From: Patescibacteria group bacterium
GTDB lineage: Bacteria; Patescibacteriota; Minisyncoccia; Phycocordibacterales; UBA918
Length of the DNA stretch: 64,000 bases
Assembly: GCA_038065355.1 (NCBI GenBank)
Contig: JBBTRC010000010.1
Span: 157,844-221,843, forward strand
Direction of reading: 5' to 3'
Every line of letters begins with the position of its first letter. Positions within the stretch are counted from its first letter, which is position 1. This document shows, piece after piece, positions 10,212 through 19,637 of this stretch. The position numbers and the translations under genes are program-made. The notes beneath the pieces are model-generated. The model was not told the origin of the DNA and did no database searches. It worked only from the letters and a program-made list of their open reading frames with translations.

Positions 10212-10838
10212 ATGAAGTTTATTGTCGGAACCAAAACTGGCATGACCCAAGTGTTCGACGAAGCCGGCACCTGTCGCGCGGCGACGGTGCTCAAAGTTGA
10301 TCCGGCCGTTGTCTCACAGGTGAAAACTCCAGAAAAAGACGGCTATACGGCTATCTTGCTGGCTTCTGGCACGCAGAAGGAACATCGCCTGAAAAAGGCT
10401 CAGAAAGGCCAGTTTGGCAGTGCGGCGATCGCTCGCGAATTTCGTCCGGACAGCGGGCAAGAAGCAGTGGTGGCAAATCTTGCGAAAGGCACAGCAGTGG
10501 ACGTGTCAGCCTTCACTCCAGGCGACACCATCACCGTGTCGGCCGTTTCCAAAGGAAAAGGTTTTCAAGGAGTGGTGAAACGTCACGGCTTTGAGGGCGG
10601 ACGCCGTAGCCACGGTCAGAAACACTCTGAACGCGAAGCCGGATCTATCGGCGGCGGCGGCCGGGCCGGCGGCCGTGTCGCAAAAAATATGCGCATGGCT
10701 GGCCGCATGGGTGGCGATACTATTACTGTCAAAAATCTCACGGTCCTCCAGGTCAATAAAGACGAAAACGTCCTTATAGTGTCAGGCGCCATCCCCGGTC
10801 GAAAAGGAACATTAGTCGAGGTCTACAGCGCGAAGTAA
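10212..10838 (+). CDS. rplC: 50S ribosomal protein L3
   Basis: GTKTGMTQVF, SKGKGFQGVVKRHGF, RMAGRMG. Confidence 0.98.
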   Translation: MKFIVGTKTGMTQVFDEAGTCRAATVLKVDPAVVSQVKTPEKDGYTAILLASGTQKEHRLKKAQKGQFGSAAIAREFRPDSGQEAVVANLAKGTAVDVSAFTPGDTITVSAVSKGKGFQGVVKRHGFEGGRRSHGQKHSEREAGSIGGGGRAGGRVAKNMRMAGRMGGDTITVKNLTVLQVNKDENVLIVSGAIPGRKGTLVEVYSAK

Positions 10839-10848
10839 CCACACTCAT

Positions 10849-11529
10849 ATGAATGCAAAAGTATATTCCCAAGAAGGAAAAGAAGCGGGGAGCGTGACGC
10901 TTCCTGAGACGGTCTTCGGTGTAGCCTGGAACGCAGATCTCATCCACGACGTAGTCATTGGCATGCAAAGAAACGCGCGCGCCAACACCGCCCACACGAA
11001 GTTTCGTGGCGAAGTACGGGGCGGCGGCAAGAAGCCGTGGCGACAAAAGGGCACCGGCCGAGCCAGACATGGTTCAACTCGTTCGCCTATCTGGGCGGGC
11101 GGCGGTGTGGCCCACGGGCCGCGCACCGAACGCGACTACAGCGTAAAGATCAACAAGAAGGTGAAAGCGAAAGCCCTCGCAACGGTCTTGTCTAAGAAAT
11201 TTGCTGATCAAGAAGTGGTGTTCGTTGAGTCGCTGAAACTCAGCGCGCCCAAAACCAAGGACGCGAAAGCAGTCGTGATCGCCATCGCGAAGGGTGCTAG
11301 TCAGGACGCGCTCGCAACGAAACGCAAGAATTCAGCAGTCATTGTGCTTAGCGGTCGAGACAGTGCGACCGAAAAAAGCTTCCGTAACTTCGGCAACATC
11401 GAAGTGATGCAAGCCAAGGATATCAACCCGGTTGATCTCCTCACTTATAAGTATGTGGTAGTGGCCGATCCGAAAGCGTCAATTGAAATCTTCGAGAAAC
11501 GCGTCGGCACACCAGTTAAGTCAAAGTAA
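10849..11529 (+). CDS. rplD: 50S ribosomal protein L4
   Basis: RGGGKKPWRQKGTGRARHGS. Confidence 0.98.
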   Translation: MNAKVYSQEGKEAGSVTLPETVFGVAWNADLIHDVVIGMQRNARANTAHTKFRGEVRGGGKKPWRQKGTGRARHGSTRSPIWAGGGVAHGPRTERDYSVKINKKVKAKALATVLSKKFADQEVVFVESLKLSAPKTKDAKAVVIAIAKGASQDALATKRKNSAVIVLSGRDSATEKSFRNFGNIEVMQAKDINPVDLLTYKYVVVADPKASIEIFEKRVGTPVKSK

Positions 11530-11530
11530 T

Positions 11531-11902
11531 ATGGCTCTTTTTGGAAAAAAGAAAGAAACCAAAGCAGCGCCTGTCGTGGCCAAGAAGGGAACGAACGCAC
11601 CACGCGTGCTCCCGACCGTCCGCGATCTTGACTCCGTCATCGTTCACCCGCGTATCACTGAAAAGGCGGTCGCGCAAAGTGAGCAAAACGTGTACACCTT
11701 TGTGGTTCGCAAGGATGCGACAAAAGGTGTCGTGGCTGACGCAGTCAAAGCGCTCTACAACGTGACGCCGATGAAGGTCAACATCGTGAATAAACGACCG
11801 ACACATCGCCTCAAAGGCTCTACCAATCGTTTTGTGAAAGAGGCTGGTATGAAAAAGGCGTACGTGTATCTTAAAAAAGGTGACACCATTAACCTCGTCT
11901 AG
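11531..11902 (+). CDS. rplW: 50S ribosomal protein L23 (N-terminal extension)
   Basis: PRITEKA, YTFVV, KKAYVYLKKG; position between rplD and rplB; ATG 11531 chosen. Confidence 0.95.
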   Translation: MALFGKKKETKAAPVVAKKGTNAPRVLPTVRDLDSVIVHPRITEKAVAQSEQNVYTFVVRKDATKGVVADAVKALYNVTPMKVNIVNKRPTHRLKGSTNRFVKEAGMKKAYVYLKKGDTINLV

Positions 11903-11908
11903 CATATT

Positions 11909-12769
11909 ATGAAATTTTATCGACCAACCTCTGCTGGACGTCGTGATAGTTCAGTCATTGAGTACAAGAAAAAGCTGACGACTACCCAAAGTCAGCCGCA
12001 TAAATCACTCACCAAGGGCAAACGCAGTACCGGCGGTCGCAACAGCCAAGGTCGTACGACCAACTTCTACCGCGGCGCTGGCAACAAGCGTACTTACCGA
12101 GAGATTGATTTTCGTTACAACAAAAAAGATGTACCGGCGAGAGTCGAATCAATCGAGTACGATCCAAACCGTTCCGGCTTTATTGCACTCGTCTGCTATG
12201 CAGACGGTGAACGCCGCTACATTCTCGCGCCGCAACAGCTTGAGAAGGGTACCGAGATTATCGTCTCAGAGACCGCCAAACCTACCGTGGGCAATCGTTT
12301 GCCGCTTCATGCCATTCCAGTCGGTATGTTTGTCTACAACGTAGAGATCAAACCCGGCGCTGGCGCCAAGCTCGCTCGTTCGGCTGGCAACTACGTGGAA
12401 GTAGTGGCTCAAGATGAGAACTACACCACGCTCAAAATGCCATCGACCGAAATCCGCAAGGTAATAAAAACAGCCTGGGCTTCGATTGGTTCTGTTTCAA
12501 ACGAAGAAAATCGTTTGGTGGCAATCGGCAAGGCCGGACGTGCTCGCCACATGGGACTTCGTCCGAAGACTCGTGGTACAGCGCGGAACGCAGTCGACCA
12601 CCCGCACGGAGGTGGTGAAGGCCGTAGTCCTCGCGGTCACCGCCGCAGTCGTACGATGCAAGGTCGTCCGACCGGTAAAGGTCAAAAGACCCGATCACCA
12701 AAGAAATATTCCAATCCCTTCATTGTCGAACGCCGCAAGCCCGGCCGTCTGATGGGCGGATCGCGGTAA
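11909..12769 (+). CDS. rplB: 50S ribosomal protein L2
   Basis: IEYDPNRS, DHPHGGGEGR. Confidence 0.98.
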   Translation: MKFYRPTSAGRRDSSVIEYKKKLTTTQSQPHKSLTKGKRSTGGRNSQGRTTNFYRGAGNKRTYREIDFRYNKKDVPARVESIEYDPNRSGFIALVCYADGERRYILAPQQLEKGTEIIVSETAKPTVGNRLPLHAIPVGMFVYNVEIKPGAGAKLARSAGNYVEVVAQDENYTTLKMPSTEIRKVIKTAWASIGSVSNEENRLVAIGKAGRARHMGLRPKTRGTARNAVDHPHGGGEGRSPRGHRRSRTMQGRPTGKGQKTRSPKKYSNPFIVERRKPGRLMGGSR

Positions 12770-12802
12770 CACAAAAACACCCCCTTGCGGGGTGTTTTTG
12801 TG
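12770..12802 (+). terminator. intrinsic terminator after rplB
   Basis: cacaaaaacacccc-cttgc-ggggtgtttttgtg. Confidence 0.8.
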
Positions 12803-12980
12803 TGAGCACCTGACTTTCGTCAGGTGTGTACCGCGATCCGAGCCGGAGCGTTGTGAAGTGCGCAATTCCTAGCGCACAAAACAGCGGGAGAGGTTGCGAA
12901 CACAGCCAAAATCACGTACTTTCGTGCGTGATTTTGGCTGTGTTACACTACCTATATATCAGCATGTAATCGTTATCATC

Positions 12981-14168
12981 ATGAGTACTATTCGCTTCCA
13001 CGTCTATCTAATCACCTTTAGTTTTTTCACATTTGGTTTTTTCTTTGTTCCGACTTTTTCATTTGCGGCCAATGAATGCTCGTTCACCCGCCAGCTGGAA
13101 GTCGGTATTGACGGAGAGGACGTGCGCTGTCTTCAACGTTACCTAAATGCGACTGGGTTTGTCATCGCGGATAGCGGTCCCGGTTCGCCCAGCAACGAAA
13201 CCTCACTCTTCCGTGACAAGACTAAAGAGGCGGTGATTCGTTGGCAAATAGCCAAAAAAATAACTCCAGCGAGCGGTATCTTTGGACAAAAATCCCAAGC
13301 CGCCTATCTGATCGACCAAGTGGCCCTCTTGCGGCCGCCAGTCACCACTACTCCGGTTGTGGTGCAGGCACCGTCGCCAACTCCGCAGGTGGCCGGTATT
13401 TCAACTTCCCAGCCTTCAAAACTGCAGGCAGAATTGGAACAAGCCATCCTTGATGCGATAGACATATTTGAGGACGCCGAAAACGAGATAGAAGACGCGC
13501 GAGACGAAGGGAGGAGCACTGATGGATTCGAAGATGATCTCAACGATGCGCGCGACGAACTCTTTGCCGCCATCCGATCGTACTTTGACGAAGACTGGGA
13601 GGACGGGCTCGGCCAAGCGGATGACGCCTTTGACGCCGCCGAAGATGCCTTTTCCGATGCGGGTGGAGAAACGGAAGAAGACGACGCTGAAGAGCTTCTT
13701 GATGAGGTGAATGACGCACTCAAGGATGCCGAGGAAGAGATAGAGGACGCGAAAGATGATGATAAAGATACCGACGACGCTGAAGACTACCTCGACGACG
13801 CCGAAAACACCCTGAATGATGCAGAAGACGCCTTTGACGATGAAGACTACGACGAAGCGATTGATCTCGCAGAAGAAGCGGAAGACTTAATCGACGACGC
13901 GCTTGATGCAATTGGTGATAGTGACGACGAATCCGATGCGGAGGATGCGCTCGATGATGCGCAAAATGCGTACGACGACGCCAAGGATGAGATTGAAGAG
14001 GCGGAAGATGATGGCGACGACGTCGAGGACGCACTTGACCTCTTAGACGAAGCGAAAGACCTACTTGACGACGCGGAAGACGCCTTTGACGATGAAGACT
14101 ACGACGAAGTGCTTGATCTGGTCGAGGAAGCGGAAGACCTCATCGACGAAGCGCTCGACGAGATTTAG
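12981..14168 (+). CDS. exported protein: peptidoglycan-binding-like domain plus extremely acidic 84-aa helical repeats
   Basis: Signal peptide, FTRQLEVGIDGEDVRCLQRYLN...TKEAVIRWQ (PG_binding_1-like), P/T linker, D/E-rich repeats with 252-nt DNA period (13824 vs 14076). Confidence 0.8.
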   Translation: MSTIRFHVYLITFSFFTFGFFFVPTFSFAANECSFTRQLEVGIDGEDVRCLQRYLNATGFVIADSGPGSPSNETSLFRDKTKEAVIRWQIAKKITPASGIFGQKSQAAYLIDQVALLRPPVTTTPVVVQAPSPTPQVAGISTSQPSKLQAELEQAILDAIDIFEDAENEIEDARDEGRSTDGFEDDLNDARDELFAAIRSYFDEDWEDGLGQADDAFDAAEDAFSDAGGETEEDDAEELLDEVNDALKDAEEEIEDAKDDDKDTDDAEDYLDDAENTLNDAEDAFDDEDYDEAIDLAEEAEDLIDDALDAIGDSDDESDAEDALDDAQNAYDDAKDEIEEAEDDGDDVEDALDLLDEAKDLLDDAEDAFDDEDYDEVLDLVEEAEDLIDEALDEI

Positions 14169-14240
14169 GAAATAAAAAAGCGGCGCGGCCTAGAGGCCGC
14201 GCCGCTTTTTGCGTTGTATAAATTCGATACGCCTATTTTC

Positions 14241-14558
14241 TCACACTCCTGGCTTTCGCTCACGCTCCTTAAATACCCAGTCACGAAGTTGCTTGCTGGC
14301 TTTGAGCGCGGCAAAAACAGTGCGGGGATTGCTGTTTGTGTGTACGGCTACTCTCTGACTACTCTGGCCGCTCACTAGTAGCTCAAAGCCAGCTTTCGTA
14401 TGCACTGCCGTCACAAATCTTGTCCCGCTACCAGTGCGGTTTGGCCGGATTTCGCCCGGCGCGATCATTTTGATACCTGGAATTTTCTTAAGTTCTGCGA
14501 CCACAATAGCGGCTGTTTCTGTGAGAGAAGAATGTTCGCGACCGCGGGGCTTTGCCAT
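14241..14558 (-). CDS. DUF2103-like small basic protein
   Basis: HSSLT...IPGIKMIAPGEI pattern recalled from DUF2103; not verified. Confidence 0.55.
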   Translation of the reverse strand: MAKPRGREHSSLTETAAIVVAELKKIPGIKMIAPGEIRPNRTGSGTRFVTAVHTKAGFELLVSGQSSQRVAVHTNSNPRTVFAALKASKQLRDWVFKERERKPGV

Positions 14559-14622
14559 ATTTGAGAGCATAGCACAAAAGAAAGGCCGGACGCGCGTTGC
14601 GCGTCCGGCCTGGGACTAAAGA

Positions 14623-15198
14623 TCACGTCTGCATGCCCGGTCCAAGCGGACTCGATTTGTCGATCATAGCTTGGACATCTTCACGCGAAAGACCGAGCAT
14701 TCTTCTGGCTGTCGAAGTTGAGACGAAAATACCATTCTTGTGAAGCAGAAGTTGCTGAGCCAGAACTGGGTCAGAAGTAGTGACACTATTTCTGAACCAG
14801 GCGTAAACAAAAATCCATGACGCATTACCCATTACGTCACACAAATCCACGTGTCCTTTAAAGAGGGTACTTTCAAAGTCAGCAACCCCTCTGAAGGTAA
14901 CTTCGACGAAGGTCACTAGACCGGAGAATTCCGTGTTATGGAATGAGGCGTCACTTTTAAAAACAGCACCATCGAAGTGGGTAAATTCGTGGAATTGACT
15001 GCAAATAAAATTGGCACTCTTTTCAAAAATGGCTTCTCTAAAGGAGATATCTTCTGAAAATTCGTGATTGGTTACTCTAATGTCAGTGGTAAAGATAACC
15101 TTATTGAAGTTAGTTCGACCTTGCTTGAGTGCGAGAAAAAACTCCTCCTCAGTCATCTTTTCACACACAAGAGCTTCACCGCTCTCTTCGGTACCCAT
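14623..15198 (-). CDS. pentapeptide-repeat protein
   Basis: Repeated xxFxx/AxFxxAxF units (ISFREAIFEKSANF, HFDGAVFKSDASFHNTEF); AAAGGA SD. Confidence 0.8.
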   Translation of the reverse strand: MGTEESGEALVCEKMTEEEFFLALKQGRTNFNKVIFTTDIRVTNHEFSEDISFREAIFEKSANFICSQFHEFTHFDGAVFKSDASFHNTEFSGLVTFVEVTFRGVADFESTLFKGHVDLCDVMGNASWIFVYAWFRNSVTTSDPVLAQQLLLHKNGIFVSTSTARRMLGLSREDVQAMIDKSSPLGPGMQT

Positions 15199-15309
15199 GT
15201 GGTTATTCCTTTCAAGGTACGGAGTTTAACTGCAACAATACAATCACTTTCTAGGATTTTGTCAAGCGGGCGGCACCCATTTTTTGGGTGCCGCCCACCT
15301 TCCAAATAG

Positions 15310-15338
15310 TTGACTTTATTTGCCATTTTAGGTACTCT
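15310..15338 (+). promoter_or_regulatory. sigma70 promoter restarting the r-protein cluster at rpsS
   Basis: TTGACT-17 nt-TACTCT. Confidence 0.6.
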
Positions 15339-15663
15339 TTCCCCGTTCCAACCTTTGTCGCACGTTGTTCACCAGCTCGTCTCGTGAACGACAAAATCAA
15401 CAAAATAATGGAATGGGAGTCCCTCTTAAGGCCGGCCGTTACCTGTCTTTACCAGGGATTCCCACTCGACCGCCACTGAAGCGGTAATTTTTGGTTTTTA
15501 CCAAAAATTACCGCTATACGCGGTATTACCAACTAAATGAAAAGGGTAGTGCTGAGTGAAATTCGCGAAGCTTAGGAATTTTTCGAGGGAGACGTAGTCC
15601 TTCTACGATGACCGAGAAAAATTCCGTAGCGACAAAGAATTTCGCCAGCAGTACCATTTGAAT

Positions 15664-15990
15664 ATGTCACGATCACTCTATAAAGGACCCTACGTAGACG
15701 AGAAACTTCTCAAAAAAATCGCCGGAAAAAAACCCGGAGAGGGTGGCGTCGTCAAGACCTGGTCGCGCCGCTCGGTCATTTCACCAGAAATGGTCGGCTT
15801 CACCTTCGGCGTGCACAATGGCAAGAGCCATGTTGACGTGCTCGTTGCCGAAGAAATGGTCGGCCACAAGTTTGGTGAATTTTCACCAACCAAGAAATTC
15901 CATCGCCACGGAGGTAAGATGCAAAAAGAACTTGAAGTGAAGAAGAAGGAAGCTGAAATTGCCGCCGCGAAAGCTGCGAAGGCTGTGTAA
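15664..15990 (+). CDS. rpsS: 30S ribosomal protein S19
   Basis: [33 protein letters not shown]. Confidence 0.98.
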   Translation: MSRSLYKGPYVDEKLLKKIAGKKPGEGGVVKTWSRRSVISPEMVGFTFGVHNGKSHVDVLVAEEMVGHKFGEFSPTKKFHRHGGKMQKELEVKKKEAEIAAAKAAKAV

Positions 15991-15999
15991 TGTCCCCGT

Positions 16000-16323
16000 A
16001 TGAAAGCAATTCTAAAAAATTATCGCCAATCACCACGCAAAGTCCGTTTGCTGGCTGACGTGGTGCGCGGCAAGAAAGTCTCTGACGCACTCTCGACTTT
16101 GCAATTTATCGATAAACGCGCCTCCGGACCGTTTGCCAAACTCATTCAATCAGCCGTTGCGAATGCCAAAGGGCAAGGCAAAGATGTAGAAAAACTCTTC
16201 ATCAAGCACGTGGCCGTCAATAAGGGCGATGTCATGAAGCGCTCTATGCCTCGCGCCCGCGGTTCTGCCTCACGTATTAACAAGCGTAACAGCCATATCT
16301 TAGTTGAGCTTGGCGAGAAATAA
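16000..16323 (+). CDS. rplV: 50S ribosomal protein L22
   Basis: SPRKVRLLAD, PRARGSASRINKRNSHI. Confidence 0.98.
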   Translation: MKAILKNYRQSPRKVRLLADVVRGKKVSDALSTLQFIDKRASGPFAKLIQSAVANAKGQGKDVEKLFIKHVAVNKGDVMKRSMPRARGSASRINKRNSHILVELGEK

Positions 16324-16325
16324 TT

Positions 16326-17090
16326 ATGACACACGTAGCACATCCATATGTCCAACGTATCGGCGTCAACCGCGACTGGAAAAGCCGCTGGATTACGACC
16401 GATCCCAAAAAATTCCGTGAGTACCTGCGCGTCGATGCCGCCATTCGCAAATTCCTCAAAACTCGCCTCAAAGGCATGTCTGTTGACGCGATTGAAATCG
16501 AGCGCAGCCAAAAAGATATCCGCATCATTATCAAAACCTCACGCCCCGGTCTTATCATCGGTCGGAGCGGTGAAGGTATCACCAACCTCAAGAAGGAGAT
16601 GAGTCTCTTCCTCCGCAAACAAAAAATGAGCGGCAAGCCTGAAGTCAAGCTTGATATTGAGGAGATTCGTTCGCCAGAATCAAGCGCCCGGATCGTCGGC
16701 CAGATGGTCGCCGAAGGTCTTGAGAAGCGTCTCACCTTCCGCCGCGTCATGAAGCAGACAGTCGAAAAGGTCATGGCCAACCGCGACGTGCAAGGTGTCC
16801 GCATCATCATGGCTGGCCGTCTTGGCGGCGCTGATATGGCTCGCACTGAAGAGCTGAAGAAAGGGCGTATTCCACTCCAGACCCTGCGCGCTGACATCGA
16901 CTTTGCGCGTGTGGAAGCCAACCTGCCGTACGGTGTGATTGGTATTAAGGTATGGATCTACCGCGGCGAAGTCTTTACCGACCGCAAAGCCGGCCAGCAA
17001 GAACAAGCACCGCGTTCCACTCGCGCTCCTCGACAAGAGCAAACGCCGCACACTGCTCGTGCTCCTCGAACTCCAAAGACCACTAAATAA
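16326..17090 (+). CDS. rpsC: 30S ribosomal protein S3
   Basis: SRPGLIIGRSG, GRLGGADMAR, GRIPLQTLRADID, YGVIGIKVWIY. Confidence 0.98.
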   Translation: MTHVAHPYVQRIGVNRDWKSRWITTDPKKFREYLRVDAAIRKFLKTRLKGMSVDAIEIERSQKDIRIIIKTSRPGLIIGRSGEGITNLKKEMSLFLRKQKMSGKPEVKLDIEEIRSPESSARIVGQMVAEGLEKRLTFRRVMKQTVEKVMANRDVQGVRIIMAGRLGGADMARTEELKKGRIPLQTLRADIDFARVEANLPYGVIGIKVWIYRGEVFTDRKAGQQEQAPRSTRAPRQEQTPHTARAPRTPKTTK

Positions 17091-17096
17091 TCGCGT

Positions 17097-17531
17097 ATGT
17101 TATTTCCAAAAAAAGTAAAACACCGAAAGTGGCAAACCAATCGCATTAGCGAAGAGCGCCGCAATCGTCCAGATACGCGGGGTATTACCGTGTCCTACGG
17201 CGAGTACGGCCTTAAGGCCACCTCAGCCTCACGGGTGAAATCAAACCAAATCGAAGCCGCTCGCCGCGTCATCTCCCGCACGCTCGGAAAGACGGGCAAG
17301 GTGTGGATTCGCATTTTCCCCGATCGACCGATCACTAAGAAAGCCGCTGAGTTACCGATGGGGAAGGGCAAGGGCGATCCTGACCACTTCGTCTTTGAGG
17401 TACGTCCGGGCCGGATTCTCTTTGAGATCGACGGCGTTCCCGAAGATATCGCTCGCGAAGCGTTTCGTAAGGCCACCGCCAAATTACCAGTAAAAGGAAA
17501 GTTCGTGCGTCGTGAAGACACACGAGTGTAA
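17097..17531 (+). CDS. rplP: 50S ribosomal protein L16
   Basis: WIRIFPDRPITKK, MGKGKG. Confidence 0.98.
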   Translation: MLFPKKVKHRKWQTNRISEERRNRPDTRGITVSYGEYGLKATSASRVKSNQIEAARRVISRTLGKTGKVWIRIFPDRPITKKAAELPMGKGKGDPDHFVFEVRPGRILFEIDGVPEDIAREAFRKATAKLPVKGKFVRREDTRV

Positions 17532-17541
17532 TCGTTTCTCT

Positions 17542-17742
17542 ATGACAAATATGCAAGACATTCGCAAAAAGTCTGATAAAGAGCTCGCCGAAATGGTGAG
17601 TGAAGCGCGCAAAGACGTGCGGCAAGAACGATTTAAAGATCGTTTCAGTCGCAAGGCCGGCGCTATCCGTCAGGCCAAGCAAACGATTGCTCGTGTGCTC
17701 GGTGAATTATCAGCTCGCCGTCATAATCCTGATACCAAATAG
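17542..17742 (+). CDS. rpmC: 50S ribosomal protein L29
   Basis: DIRKKSDKEL...IRQAKQTIARV; synteny. Confidence 0.9.
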   Translation: MTNMQDIRKKSDKELAEMVSEARKDVRQERFKDRFSRKAGAIRQAKQTIARVLGELSARRHNPDTK

Positions 17743-17745
17743 CGT

Positions 17746-17997
17746 ATGAGTACCGAATATACAAGCAACGGTCGCGTGTTCCGCGGAAAGGTGATTGCCT
17801 CAAAAATGAAAGATACAATCACGGTAGCGGTCGAGCGATATGTCAAACACCCAAAATACAAGAAGTTCCTTCGCCGCACGAAGAAGTATCTCGTGCATGA
17901 CGTGGGAAATACTGCCCAAATCGGTGATGTGGTCGACATCAAAGAAACCCGCCCGATTTCAAAGCGCAAGAGCTTTATGCTCCTAACTAGCAAGTAG
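17746..17997 (+). CDS. rpsQ: 30S ribosomal protein S17
   Basis: KMKDTITV, HPKYKK, ETRPISKRK. Confidence 0.97.
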   Translation: MSTEYTSNGRVFRGKVIASKMKDTITVAVERYVKHPKYKKFLRRTKKYLVHDVGNTAQIGDVVDIKETRPISKRKSFMLLTSK

Positions 17998-17998
17998 T

Positions 17999-18370
17999 AT
18001 GATTCAACCTCAATCAATCGTAAAAATCACCGACAACTCAGGCGGCAAGATCGGCCGCGTGTTTAAGGTGCTCGGCGGTTCAAAAAAGCGCTACGCTGAA
18101 CTCGGCGAAATGGTCGTGCTATCTATCCAGACAGCCGAGCCACGCAAATTAGTCAAGAAAAAGGACGTGGTATACGGTGTGGTCGTGCGACAACGCAAGG
18201 CGTTTCGCCGCGCCGACGGTTCCTACATTCGTTTTGACGATAATGCAGTGGTGTTGGTCGACAAGGAAAAGAAAGAACCAAAAGCCAACCGCGTGTTTGG
18301 TCCGGTGCCACGCGAACTCTCTGATGCAGGGTACCAGAAGATAGTTTCCCTCGCGCCAGAGATAGTCTAG
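17999..18370 (+). CDS. rplN: 50S ribosomal protein L14
   Basis: MIQPQS..DNSG, IRFDDNAVVL, KIVSLAPEIV. Confidence 0.98.
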   Translation: MIQPQSIVKITDNSGGKIGRVFKVLGGSKKRYAELGEMVVLSIQTAEPRKLVKKKDVVYGVVVRQRKAFRRADGSYIRFDDNAVVLVDKEKKEPKANRVFGPVPRELSDAGYQKIVSLAPEIV

Positions 18371-18396
18371 CGTGGCATTGTAACTACAAAATTCCT

Positions 18397-18708
18397 ATGA
18401 AAATCAGAAAAGGAGACACCGTCAAGGTAACGACGGGCAAAGACAAAGGCAAGACCGGCACCGTGCTGACAGTTTTTCCCCAGCACAACCAAGTGCTCAT
18501 CGAAGGCGTCAACGTGGTCAAACGACACCAGAAGAACACCCGCGCCCGCTCGCAAGGACAAATCATTGAGAAGAGCATGCCGATAGATGCATCCAACGTG
18601 TCGCTCATCGAAGGTGATGTCACCGTACGCGCTTCCTACATCTTCGAAGGGGAAGGTGAGAAGCGCAAGAAGGTCCGCATTTCAAAAGTAAGCGGTAAGA
18701 AAATTTAA
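18397..18708 (+). CDS. rplX: 50S ribosomal protein L24
   Basis: KGDTVKVTTGKDKGKTG, VLIEGVN. Confidence 0.98.
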   Translation: MKIRKGDTVKVTTGKDKGKTGTVLTVFPQHNQVLIEGVNVVKRHQKNTRARSQGQIIEKSMPIDASNVSLIEGDVTVRASYIFEGEGEKRKKVRISKVSGKKI

Positions 18709-18724
18709 TCGTTAGATAAAGAGT

Positions 18725-19264
18725 ATGGAAACAGTACAGACTCGCATGCAAAAAGCATTTGACGCACTCAAAGGCACTTTTGCGTATACAAACGTCAACC
18801 AAGTACCAAAGGTTGAGAAAATAATCGTATCGGTCGGCGTTGGCCGCGTCGAAGACAAAGCCAAGTTGGCACTGATCCAAGATCGTCTAGCGCGCATCAC
18901 CGGCCAAAAGCCGGCACCGCGTCCAGCCAAGCAATCAATTGCTTCGTTCAAGCTTCGTCAAGGCGACATCGTGGGCTACCAGGTGACCCTCCGCGGCGCT
19001 CGTATGCAGCATTTCTTGGATAAGCTCATTCACCTCGCCTTGCCGCAAACTCGCGACTTCCGCGGGCTCAAACTTTCGTCAATCGACGAGATGGGCAATT
19101 ACACCATGGGCATCAAGGAACATACCATTTTCCCAGAAACGGCTGACGAAGAAATTAAAGACGTGTTTGGCATGTCGATCACTATCGTGACGACCGCCAA
19201 AAACAAGACTGAATCAGAAGCCATTCTCCGCCACATTGGCTTGCCGCTACAAAAAGCTGAATAG
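18725..19264 (+). CDS. rplE: 50S ribosomal protein L5
   Basis: ITGQKP, SIASFKLRQG, RDFRG, GNYTMGIKEHTIFPE. Confidence 0.98.
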   Translation: METVQTRMQKAFDALKGTFAYTNVNQVPKVEKIIVSVGVGRVEDKAKLALIQDRLARITGQKPAPRPAKQSIASFKLRQGDIVGYQVTLRGARMQHFLDKLIHLALPQTRDFRGLKLSSIDEMGNYTMGIKEHTIFPETADEEIKDVFGMSITIVTTAKNKTESEAILRHIGLPLQKAE

Positions 19265-19637
19265 CTTTTTAGAAAGCACACTGTTGTGCTTTCGGGTAGA
19301 GGCAAGAGGCGGAGTCATGTTTTTTGCTCATTTCCATAGAGCAAAAAACAGACGAGCTCGGGTGAGAAAGTGTTGGATACTTTCGCAAGACCTTTTGAGA
19401 TATTTTGAAGAATGAAAAATACCCAAAAGGTATACCGCTTCTGTAAGAAGGAAGTTCTTAATGAGCGTAGCGAATTTAGAAACTTGACCCTGCCGCTGCA
19501 GAAACCAACTGAATAGTTGGTTCTCAGACTTCAGAACAAAAGTCACCACAAAACCAGCGACATGTGTCGCTGGTTTTGTGTAAAAGAAAACGCGCGCAGC
19601 TGTGGCTACGCGCGAGATATCATAAACTCAAATGGTG

